Assembly (NCBI GenBank): GCA_052327205.1
Contig: CM126224.1
Coordinates: forward strand, 25,606,001 to 25,670,000
Source: Somniosus microcephalus
Taxonomy: Eukaryota
Direction: 5' to 3'
Length of the DNA stretch: 64,000 nucleotides
The translations under genes were made by a program, and so were the position numbers. Under the pieces are notes generated by a model. The model saw nothing but the letters and a program-made list of their open reading frames with translations. It was not told the origin of the DNA and searched no databases. Every line of letters starts with the position of its first letter. Position 1 is the first letter of the stretch. This document shows, piece after piece, positions 35,393-47,059 of this stretch.

Positions 35393-38300
35393 GATGGTAT
35401 TGGACGTGTTGGAGCATTTAACGGAGAGGACCACGTGAAGGTTGCCATATTCCTCTCCAGACTCAGGCTATTAACGATCAAGAGTGTGTGTAGTGTTTTG
35501 TGCGAGTTAAAGCAGACAAGAATTCCATCCAGTGCAAATGGAATGCTGCACAAGCTGTTTTGCTTCTTCCCCTCCCGTCCACAGCTGACATTTATCCACT
35601 GAAGTTTTTGCCACAGGCAATGGTCTTTTTGGTGGCTATGATTTCTGTAAAAATAATTTTATACTGCAAGTACTGGCTGTAGCTTTTCTAAAGTGCAATC
35701 TATATTTTATATCTAACAGCTAATTTCCTCTCTCTCTTTCTAGCCTTTTTTTACTCTAACAGACAAGCTTTGAGGTGCAGACATCTATATACAAAGTTAC
35801 TGATTTGAAATAGATGCAAGTGTGTATGCCAGAAAGACACAGATTTACAGCTACATATGGAAGCAAAAGCTAGCTTGGTTGCTAGTTGAATTTGAATGTA
35901 ATATGTGGTCTGTGTATGGAGACATTTCCTTTCTTTATTAAGGCACACTTCATTAGAGAAATATATTGTCAGCAACTACATCTTCTAATTTGTTGGAGGA
36001 TTTGTGTGAAGGTCATTTTGACCTCTTTCTTTCTCTCTCCTCTCTCTCTCTCTCCTCTCTCTCCATATTCTCCAAATGAATTTACACTGCAGCTCAGTTT
36101 AGCTAGTGGTAGGGTTGTTGTAAAGATGCCTTTCTGTGCTACTCCCCAAATAAAATGTTACGCATATTATTTTAACCTCGTCTCTTATCCTGTCGTATTC
36201 TTTCTACTCTTGATAGTTGGAGCTAACCAGTATATGTTCTCGCTGGCCAGTTATCCATTCTGAAGGAAGAGGTGGAGTACTTAACAATAATTCTGTTTTC
36301 TGAAGGTTGATAGTCTCTGTCTAGCCATATGTGATCCCACACTTCTCTGCGTTTTAGTTATTTAAAAAAAAAACAGAAGGATCTTCCCAAAGAAAAGAAC
36401 TTTGCATTCGCTTTATTTAGAACCAACACTACTGCTTGGTAATCTACCGTTCATTTTGATTTTCTAAACAAAAACCCTGTGGTTATTAAAGTCTTCACTC
36501 TCAGATGTTCATTTTATTTTAAACAAATCATTCCTAGAAGCTCTTTGTTTTGATATACACTGCATAGTCTCAAACTTGGATATGGTTAGAATAGTGATAT
36601 ATGACACATACTTGAAATAGATTGGAAAGCAGAAACAAACTATCGTGAGTGTATTTGATTTGGCAGTGAAAACCATTTCTTTTTCCATGGATATTAACAC
36701 AGCGAGTAGAAGTGTTTACAGCATGAAATGTATCTTTCCCAAGGCAATATAATGTATGTTAAAAATATTCATTATATTAGATTTACTGAGAGTTAGGTTT
36801 TCAGCCCAGATCACTTCAGCTGTCAGTAGACTGTTAGCTGGAATTGGTTTAAAGTGGAGTTGTTTTACTGCTCTAGAACAGATGTCAGAAACCCCTGACA
36901 CAACTGGAAATCCTGTCACTCTGCATTTTGTTTCCACGACATCGAACTGAATTCCGAAAGAGCGGCAGGTAGAAAGTGGGGTACCGATCGCTGAGGACAT
37001 TGAAAGTAAATTCAGGTTTCCTTCAAATCAGAAAGCAAATAAACTGGCTGTACTTCACATTTGGCTCTGTTACAACTCCTTGCTAAACTAAAGTTCAATA
37101 CATTTCTTGGGCAGAATAGATGATGCACTGACCCTTTTCCCCATGCCTCCCCCTTGCAAGAGTTCTTCTTGACAAAACAGTTGCAAAATTCTTGACGTGC
37201 ATTTGGCTAGTGCTGGTTCCAGACAGCACTAGGACTTGAACCACTCGACATCTTAACTGTGTTTCTCCCGGGCTGTCTACTGCCTGAAGAGACTTTAGAG
37301 CAATGAGCATTATACAGTATAAGAGAATTATTAATATTTTAAAACTCTACTATTTTGGAGCTGAAAGCTAGGTGCCATGTGTTTCTATTTTATTTAGTTA
37401 CTGGATACAAATGCAACTATATTGCAAGAAATAAGCGTTAAATTACACTCACATTCTTCTGTTCGTAACTTACTGTTTGAAAATGTCTTAACCAGGGTGC
37501 CCAGTTAGATAAACTTGTAGTTTAACACTGGAGTCCACAACAAAATTTCAATCATCCAGGTTAATTGAGATTTGAAATATTAATTGTATTAATGTAATTA
37601 TAAGTGACCCAAAAGCAGGATTTAGATATAAAATGAAAATGGTCTGTTTGCTTTACTGCATGGTGTACTGGGTTCGTTTATGATGCATTCACTTCAAAGT
37701 TGAAGTACTGCCCAGCGCAAACACAAATATATAACTCTTGTGCTTATCTACATTTTTTCCCAACAAACATCAGTCAGTAATAGTTACCCATCCACAATTT
37801 TCACCAGTTGCTTGGTCTCGTTCGAAGGATGGCAGTGTGGGAGGTCCAAGAGTCAGATTGGTGCAAACTGGAGTGTTTTTCCGAGTTTCGAGCTAAGTTA
37901 ATGATGTGCCATAAGCGGCAGGCACATGGTACTTCTGCTGCTGGTGGCACGTTATCAGTATCAAGGAGGTGAACTTGGTGCTCGCCTCAGCATCCAGAAT
38001 CAGACTTTACATGGGTTCGGGCGCAGCTGTCTGAAGCAGCTCAAATTCAGATTTCAATTGCATGGGCTGATTTTTGTGTTTGTTGAATGAAATAGAGCCG
38101 CTCATCGATCTCCGAGCTGTGTTTCTTGTTCTGTCCTACCATTGACATTGAAATACTATAAGTTGTGTCTCTGAGCAATTGAAGGGCAATCCTCAGCTGC
38201 ATTCTTTGTTGTGAATACTATGTTGCATCATATTTACAAACCATGTTAACGGCATCTAGTGGCAGAACAGCATTTTAGCCTTGTTGACTCTTTGAACCTA

Positions 38301-40809
38301 ATATTAGAATCCTGAAATGTGAATACTGGAATCTAAATTGACTTAAATTTGACACACTTATTTCCTACCTTTTCTGATAAAGGATGCTCTTTGCCATTTT
38401 TATTTACCAAGATCAGCCCTCATATCAGGGAGCAACTTTCATCATCATTTACAGCTTTGGCTATAATGTTCCCAGGTGTTATTTTTAACACATTTGTAAG
38501 AAGACTGCAGCTGATGTGAATGGTTCAAGCAGGGAAAAGCTGACCAAAGGGGTTTGTAAAGTGAGTGATAGCCAACCTAGTTAAATGTGAAGTGGCCAAA
38601 ACCTGAAACTTGGTTGATCTCTGGTGATCTGTTCAGTTTAGTTACGATTTTTATCCATTAGTTTAAGACTGGATGATGGTGATTTGGTTGCATCCAACTG
38701 TCTGGAGAAAATTGGATCTTTGATAAGCACCCTGTTATCAGAGGGGGCTCGTTTCTCATTTACATTTAGATGAGTATTGATTATTTATTTACTCAACTGA
38801 AGTGGGATTCTTTTCCAATTTTAACTGAATTGTCTGTGTTGTCAGTTGAAAGAGAGATAAAGCTCCTGACACCACCACAAGATAACAACACTTTGTAGTG
38901 AAGATAAAAGTTCGAAGGGACCTTTTTCTGTTGTTGACTGAAAGTGAAAGTTTAAAAATTAGAATTGATGGGTTGTGTTTCCAAGACCTTTTCAGAATTT
39001 TTTTTTTTTTAGTCAGGTTTGTTAAGAGTATAACCTCTATCTTTTCCTTACACCCAAACAGAAGGTAAGGTTCCATCACAGCAGCATCTTATCCGATTTT
39101 GTAAAATAATGGAAATGTTGAATACGGGTACTGCTAGAAAACTTGCTTTATGTGCAATGAAAAGGAAAGGAAAGAAAAATGTGTTTTTAGTTATGTGCAG
39201 CTCTACATATGTGTAATCTTATCACAAGTTAAATGTGTCCAGTAATCATACATAACCACAACCAATGACCTTTGTTGTACTTAAGGCAAGACCTTTGTAG
39301 TAATTTAGAGATGGGCAGTTTCCAAAGGACAGCCATTGCTTCAGCCTGTGTGATTTTTTTATTGTCTGCAAACACTTGCACACTGTCGGTTCTATGCTGT
39401 AGCATGTTTATGCATACACAGATTTTTCTACAATTGCAATAATGTGCCTGCTGTCTCATATGGTAAAACCCCCAGTTGACATGTAATATCCTAAAGTGTC
39501 TTACAGATTATGATCTGTCACTTTGCAGAATTTATATTGATTTACAAAGACAGCTTGTGTTACTGTAGCCATCAAAGATTAAAGCAGCATTTTTACACTA
39601 TATACAAATAGGACAGAGTTGGTAATATTTGGGTAATTTAGTGAATTATATTAATTAAACAGTGTTAGATTATTTCAGTACAATCAAAATAAAATATTTT
39701 GGGTCTAATGCTTCAAAAAGTAATGAAATTGAAGAATGCTCTGAATAGAAATAGTTTGTGGTCATGTTACAGAATCATTCTGAAATGCTATTTGAATCAC
39801 TAAATAGGCTCATTTGAAGGTTCTGGTTCATGTTGTGTATTTGTAATAGATGCAGGTAGTTGTAATAGTAACATACCATTATTCAGAAATAACTGCATTT
39901 CCTGCACCCAAATAATAAAAAAAAAAATCAATAGAGCTCGCCAAAATAAATGGCTCTTGGGAAAATGACAATTTAAATCCGTTTAGCTTTAGAGCTACTA
40001 AAATGGAAAGTTTGCTGAAATTTAAAGTATTCTCTTCCAACATTGAATTGTAAAAAATCAAAAGTGTCACATAGTACAGAGCATGTGGTGAGGAATATTA
40101 ATTTTTTTAAATCTTTTCCTTATTTTTTCCTTTTGAGATGCTATTTATGCTAATGTTGGGGATTGGAACTTGTTTTCCAGTTCTGGCACCATTATCAATG
40201 TCAAACAGGGACAGCTTAGCTACAGAGTAAAGCTTCCTTCACATTACCCCAACAATGCACTTCAATCTCAGCTGCAGAAAGATCAACCTCTTCTGCACTA
40301 ATTTCTTCTTTCTGTTTCTCATTCCAGCACCTTTATGGCTTATGAGTGAAACTGCTCACTTTTGTACCACGAGGGCTTGTGCTCACTGCAACAATGTTGA
40401 GACTAGTGAACTAATTTTGCTCTTGTAGAAGCAGAGACAGGACACTTTTATCTCATCTGGGATGGACTAGGTTCAAATCCAAGTGCCAGGAGGAAAAAAA
40501 CGAGTTCTTCTCAACTGCACCAGTCACTCCCTCAATCTGTTACTTCTACAAGTTAAAGTTTCATTGTTTTGTAAATGATGCTCGCCATTTGTTTCCATAA
40601 AACCCGGTGACACTCTAAGGCAATCATATACGGTGCGCTGTGTGTCAACCTCATCACTCTACACGAGTGTAAGGCTGCAGCAGGGTATGTGCCATTACAG
40701 TGGTACAGGCCCAGTATAGCTAAATCCTCAATATCTTAGTTTATAAACATTGATTCTATTATTAGATTGCAATTTGAATCTGAATTGTACTTAATTTTCA
40801 AAGGATGCC

Positions 40810-41225
40810 ATAGGACTCCTCTGGTGACTTAACTGGTTCAGGTATTGAGCAGCTGATACATTCAGGCAGCCAGCCCAGCTGGTTAAATCTCTGGTCTGGG
40901 CTGAGCCAGCTGACCAGTGGTATGAGCACCAGAATGTGCGTTAGTGCTTCTGGGTCGGGAGGGGAAGTTCACCACCGTTCATGTCTCTGGTCACGATCCA
41001 ACACACCCTCCCCCACCCACCCACCTACCTACCGACTGTAAAAGCATATGTGTGGACATTCAGTGAGGACAGATCAGCTTTATACCCCCTGCAATCCAGT
41101 AGCCTCCCAGCATCCAATGCCTAAGTTCATGTGGCCACTTGAGCGAGGTACTGGAGGGTGACTGGCACATGGAACCATATCCCAGCAAGAGTTAAGCACC
41201 TTCAGGAGAGGGAGAAAATTGATGC
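40810..41225 (+). mobile_element. Old SINE-like repeat; partial copies at about 33490-33640, 60135-60210 plus 61007-61255, and 62110-62195
   Basis: Shared 3' motif ggccacttgagcgaggtactggagggtg...catggaaccatatcccagcaagagttaagcaccttcaggagagg recurs in the listed copies. Confidence 0.65.
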
Positions 41226-41796
41226 CAAAAGACTACTTAATTTTGAGAGGGACTAAAACAAGATTTTAACTTTGAGCTTGGTATGGCCTTGTTATGGATA
41301 ATTCCACAATACTTGAGCAGGTTAGCAGCTATTAAATTCTATGCAAAATGGGTTGGGTAGATAAATTAGAGAGGAAGGGAACAGGAGTTTTGATTAGAAC
41401 TGTGACATCCAAGGGCAGAATTTCATGTAGTCACAGAATCTGAGAAAAAAAATAGGAGAAATTCCAAATCGACTTAAATTAGTTTGATGCCTGCAGACTG
41501 CTGTAAATTGCAGCACGACATAGCAGAAACCCCGTATTATATTCAAATTCTATGTTGAGTTACACTTAGTACGTGGAGCAATTTACCTCTTTAGGTCTTG
41601 ACCACAAAATAAAAATTCCCACTGATTTCAGTGAAAAGATGCTTAATACATTATAATCAGCTTATGGCATTTTTTGCATTGGGATGGGGGGAGAGAATAT
41701 ATACCCAAATTTTTGAAGTGTTTTAACTACAGTTTCTGCACAATTAGCATGAAAGTTTCTCATTCACATTATTTGCTGGCCTTTTTTTCGTTCCAG

Positions 41797-41904
41797 GGCA
41801 TCAGTATCGGCTTGAGAGGCAAAATGAACCTAACGTAGCTGTAGATTTAGATCGTACCTTAGAGAGTCAGAGCACTTTGGAATTCTGTCTGGTCAGAGAG
41901 TACA
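41797..41904 (+). CDS. MAPKAP1: MAPKAP1/SIN1 internal coding exon (108 nt, phase 1-1); RBD, second part
   Basis: Acceptor ctttttttcgttccag| and donor |gtaagt. Reads (G)[35 protein letters not shown](S), matching SIN1 [36 protein letters not shown]. Confidence 0.96.
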
Positions 41905-43756
41905 GTAAGTTTGACCTTTTAACCTTTGAACAAGCTTAATTTTCAAAATACATGTGTCAGCAAAACACTGATTAGAAATATGCATGTTTGAAATGGTTGT
42001 CTTTTTTTAAACGATAAAGATTTGGGATATTTACATAATCTGATGATTTTAAAATGCAATATACAGATGGCAGGTTTTGATAACTATCATTGATATAAAA
42101 TATTAAGTGATTGTTTGCAACTACTGTAATGGACGAAGGAACACATGCCTTAACATTCCTTTGCAAAAGGAAAATTTGAAGAAGATTTTGGCAGAAACTG
42201 ACTCTGCACTCCTTATCTCTTCTGTTTCAACACTGTGTCAATGCAAATGTAGTATCAGCAACTTTAGCTCTGAAGTGACGTGCCTCAGCCTGTTTAATTC
42301 TAAAATCCTCTATCAAAAATCCTACATTAACCATTATAGAGGTGTAGTTGCATTTTTAACTTGCGATCTGAATAATTTTGCTCCAGAAACAGCTAACACT
42401 CTAGATTTAGCTGTAAAAAGATGATTGGGTGGGGGAGGGGGAGAAATGCGTGTCATTGATTTTAGGACAAACGTGTGACAGATACCATAGATATTCTTTG
42501 CATTTCAAGTAGAAGCAAGACTTGAATGAGGGATTTTGCCTTCAGTAACCCTTTTAAAACCTAAACATTGCAAAGAATTATGATTAACCTTGACGGTGAT
42601 TTTGGTTTCTTTTCCTTTTGTTTCAATCATTGAGTGCTAATTACTTCACCGGAACAACTGACCAGGAGGAATTACTGAGCCTGGCAGTGTGAGGGAGCTG
42701 AATTAACATACATAGTTGAAATACAAGATTGAAAACATTCTCTTTGTATCTCCTACATTCAGCTGTTTCAGGCTTCAGTAATTCTCTCTCCCTTTTGCCC
42801 ACACCCCCACCCCCACCCCAACCCCAAACCAATTCCTCTGATGCGACCATCAGTACTCGGCATTGAAACACAAATAAAATTCAAATTGAAAGTAGAAAAC
42901 AAGAGGATGTTGAAGTTGATGGTATTTCTTTTAACTGGATTTGAAAGGGGTGCTGATCTCTAGGCTTTCAGATCAAAGAATCTTATGATCTCAACAAATT
43001 GTAGAAACTGAGACATTTATGTATTTGGAAAGGATTGCTGGAATCTCAATCTGATTGTAATCCAGTTTCATTAGTTTTTACAGTACAACAACCCACTCAA
43101 AGGTGAATTCTTTTTCACCTTTTCAGTACCAATACTTTATATCTTTGAGTCTAATGAAATTTCACGTGGCAAAATTTGTATCTAGTTGTGATTTGTGTAT
43201 TTGTAAATTAAAGGGAACTTGAAGGCTAGCACAGTAACTATTGGGAATTTTAAAACTTTTTTGTGTCTTATCGAAGGATGAGAGTTTTTTGGCATGGATC
43301 TGCTATTGTAGTTTAATGCAACACAAGAATTTGTCCCTTTTTTCTGATGACCAATGCAGACTATTTTTATCTTGTCAAAATGTTAAGAGGATATTGTAAT
43401 CTACAAAATTTCAGGAGTTTTTGACTTTTCCACATTTTGCAATAACAGAACTTTTAGGATGATAATTGTTCAATGGTAACAACTTACATTTTTCCTGAGT
43501 AAATGATTTGGTAATGATGTTTGTATGTCTTCAGTGCAGGTTTTATTTCCCACAGTTGTGCAAACTTTTGATAAATCGAGCAAAGCTATAGTTTTCATCA
43601 GTTGTTTGCCTAATGATTAAAGTTTATGTATTAATTAATCCATTTAGTTCTAATTAAAAACATTGTATGTTGGTCAAACAATCAAAAAAATAATGTTTAA
43701 GTTACAAATGATTAAATTAATAAATGATTGCTAAAGATATGCCAAATGCCAAGTTT

Positions 43757-43850
43757 ATGGTGTTCACGGAAGAAGACACAGAAAACTTCCCGGAAATAGT
43801 GGAGAACCAAGGGTCCAGCGAGAATGAGGAACTGAAAGAAATTAATATTA

Positions 43851-43881
<31 letters not shown>

Positions 43882-45795
43882 AGTACTGGAGAAATTAATG
43901 GGACTAAAAGCCGGTAAATCCCCTGGACCTGATAGCCTACATCCTAGGGTTTTGAAAGAGTTGGCTATAGAGATAGTGGATGCATTGGTTGTCATTTTCC
44001 CAAATTCCATAGATTCTAGAATGGTTCCCGCAGATTGGAAGGTAGCAAATGTAACCCCATTAATTAAGAAAGGAGGGGGAGAGAAAACAGGGAACCACAG
44101 ACCAGTTAGCCTGACGACAGTACAGGAAACTCTCGTTTAAACGACACCTAATTATCTGGAATTCTCTAATAACCGACAAAATTCAGGAGTAGGTTTTGAG
44201 GCTTCTGTATACTGTATAATTGCGGCTGTGTAACCGGGGATCTCGTACCTTTTGCCGTGTAACCATGGCTTCTGCACCTCTGGTTGTGTAACCGGGTCCC
44301 CTGTACCTGTGTTACGGGGCTCCAGCACTTCTGGCTGTGCTACGGGGCTCTTGTATCTTGGGCCATTGTCACTCCATGTCCCTTCTTCCTTATCCGGAAT
44401 TTTTAATCAACCGGCACCATCCCGGTCCCATCGGTGCCGGATACCAAAGTGTTTCCTGTAGTAGGGAAAATGCTAAAATCTATTATTAAGGACGAAAATA
44501 ATAATAGGATTGGGCAGAGTCACCACGGATTTATGAAAGGGAAATCGTGTTTGACAAATCTATTGGACTTTTTTGAGGTTGTAACTAACAGAATAGATAA
44601 GGGGGAACCAGTGGATGTGATGTATTTGGATTTTCAGAAGGCATTTGATAAGGTGCCACACAAGAGGTTATTAAACAAAATTAGGGCTCGTGGGATTGGG
44701 GGTAATATACTAGCATGGATTGAGGATTGGTTAACGGACAGAAAACAAGAGAGTAGGAATAAACGGGTCATTTTCAGGTTGGCAGGCTGTAACTGGTAGG
44801 GTACCGCGAGGATCAGTGCTGGGGCCTCAGCTATTCACAATCTATATCAATGATTTGGATGAGGGGACCAAATGTAATATATCCAGGTTTGCTGATGATA
44901 CAAAGCTGGGTGGGGATGTAAGTTGTGAGGAGGATGCAAGGAGGCTTCAAGGGGATATAGACAGGCTAAATGATTGGGCAAGAATATGGCAAATTGAATA
45001 TAATGTGGAGAAATGTGAAGTTATCCACTTTGGTAAGAAAAAAGAAAAGCAGAGTATTTTTTTAAATGGTGAGAGATTGGGAAATGTTGGTGTTCAGAGG
45101 GACCTGGGTGGTGTCATACACGAATCACAAAGTTAAATGCAAGCAATTAGGAAAGCAAATGGTATGTTGGCCTTTATTACAAGAGGATTTGAGTATAAGA
45201 GTAAAGACGTCTTACTGCAATTATATAGGGCCCTGGTGAGACCGCACCTGGAGTATTGTGTATAGTTTTGGTCTCCTTACCTAAGGAAGGATATACTTGC
45301 CATAGAGGGAGTGCAACGAAGGTTCACCAGACTGGTTCCTGGGATGGAGAGATTGTCCTGTGAGGAGAGATTGAGTAGATTAGGCCTATATTCTCTAGAA
45401 TTTAGAAGAATGCGAGATGATCTCATTGAAACATACAAAATTCTTACAGGGATTGACAGTGTAGATGCAGGGAGGATGTTTCCCCTGGCTGGGGAGTCTA
45501 GAACCAGGGGTCACAGTCTCGGAATAAGGGGTCGGCATTTAGGACTGATGAGGAGAAATTTCTTCACTCAGAGGGTGGTGAATCTTTGGAATTCTCTACC
45601 CCCGAGGGCTGTGGAGGCTCAGTCGTTGAGTATATTCAAGATAGAGATCGATAGATTTTTGGATATTAAGGGAATCGAGGGATATGGGGATAGTGCAGGA
45701 AAGTGGAGATGAGGAAGAAGATCAGCCATGATCTTATTGAATGGCGGAGGAGGCTCGAAGGGCCAAATGGCCTTCTCCTATTTCTTATGTTCTTA
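43757..45795 (+). mobile_element. CR1 LINE (HER1-like), 5'-truncated ORF2/RT, defective, with nested MITE
   Basis: KSPGPDSLHPRVLKELA...DWKVANVTPL; HGFMKGKSCLTNLLDFF...YLDFQKAFDKVPH; LGPQLFTIYINDLD...FADDTKLGG; tail cctatttcttatgttctta; frameshifts present. Confidence 0.96.
44121..44460 (-). mobile_element. Tc1/mariner-pogo-type MITE, related family, inserted in CR1
   Basis: TA|CAGGAAAC ... GTTTCCTG|TA. The reverse complement of the right end (tacaggaaacactttggtatccggcaccgatgggacc) matches the left ends of copies 1 and 3. The empty site cagtagtggggaaaatgct is present in the CR1 paralogue near 52647. Confidence 0.92.
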
Positions 45796-46267
45796 AAAGG
45801 TGTGCATAGTAATTTGTACAGTCCACAGCTCAATTAAAAGTCCTTATTCAGTACGGAGACAGAGAACTGTGCATGTATGCATACTGGCTGAAATTGTCAC
45901 TATGCTGCAAGTCTGTGTGCTGGCCTGCTCTTGACATTCCCCACAATGTGAATTATTTGATCTCAGCTGGAGATACCTGGGTTGCCAAACAGAAGGCAAA
46001 ACCCTTCCATCAAGGGAAGGAAGGGGAAATTTGCAGGAAAGTTGAAGAGTATCGCTCATTTTGTTCATTTCTCCTTACACTGCCACTAAATTTTGCCTTT
46101 TATTTACTATTTGACGTGTCTCTTTCATTGATAAAATGAAATAGTCTGACTTGAGTTAATAAGTATAAGAAACTGCCAGCAACAGGGTTAGATGGGCTAG
46201 GTCCTGCTTGACAAAGCATCTCAACTTATTTGAGGATGCTGCAGATATGCAGACATCATAAAATAAT

Positions 46268-46994
46268 GGGCCGGATTTTCCGATCAGAGGCTTCCTGCGT
46301 GCGGATGCCTCCGATCGGGAAAAATCTACGCACTTAGCTGCTGGCTCCGTAGATCCCGAGACTAGCGATCCTGGGCCTCTCCGGGTCCGCGCGGGCAGAG
46401 GCCCAGGTATCCCAGGGGCGCGTGCAATTCGTAAGCGACCCTGGGACCACATGGGCCATGGGGAGCCAATCAAAGATGGGAATCCCCTTTCATACTTTTG
46501 ACAGGCCTCTACGCATAGATCTGTCAAGTATGAATGGGAATCACTTAAACACAGTTACACATTAAGTAAATATTTTTAAGTCATATTTAAAATTAGTTAA
46601 AATTACATTAAATCAAATATTTTAAACATTTAATTTTTTGAGAAAAATAAGTTTTTTACGGGGCTAAAAATAAACTTTTTTAAAAGGTATTTTTAAATTA
46701 TAAGTGAGTTGGGGGGGGGGGGGAATATTTAATTTTTTTTTAAACTCTTATGCTGCTTTTACCAGGTGTAAGATTTTTTAAGGTTTTCAACGGGCGGAGG
46801 TTGTACAGAAAGCAGAACTCTGCCCGCGGAGGCCCTTCTCCTGGGCAGGCGTGCAATCTCAAGAGAATTCTTGACAGATCGGAAGTGCCGGGTTTTAGTG
46901 TATGTGCTTCGCATGCCTGAAAGCGGCACTTGCGAAGCTCATGCGGGTGCGTACACACCTCGTACGCACCCGTGGGGATTGGAATATCCGGCCC
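46268..46994. mobile_element. GGGCC-TIR MITE with 3-bp AAT TSD
   Basis: aat|gggccggattttcc ... ggaatatccggccc|aat. Confidence 0.88.
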
Positions 46995-47059
46995 AATATA
47001 TTTAGACTCTCGGAATGCTTTTTGCAAGTGCTGTGTGAAAGACTTTGTTAAACTGAAAG

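Noticed and set aside
44224-44360. CRISPR-like repeat array
   Set aside because: These are degenerate tandem units without unique spacers, inside a MITE in vertebrate DNA, so a minisatellite.
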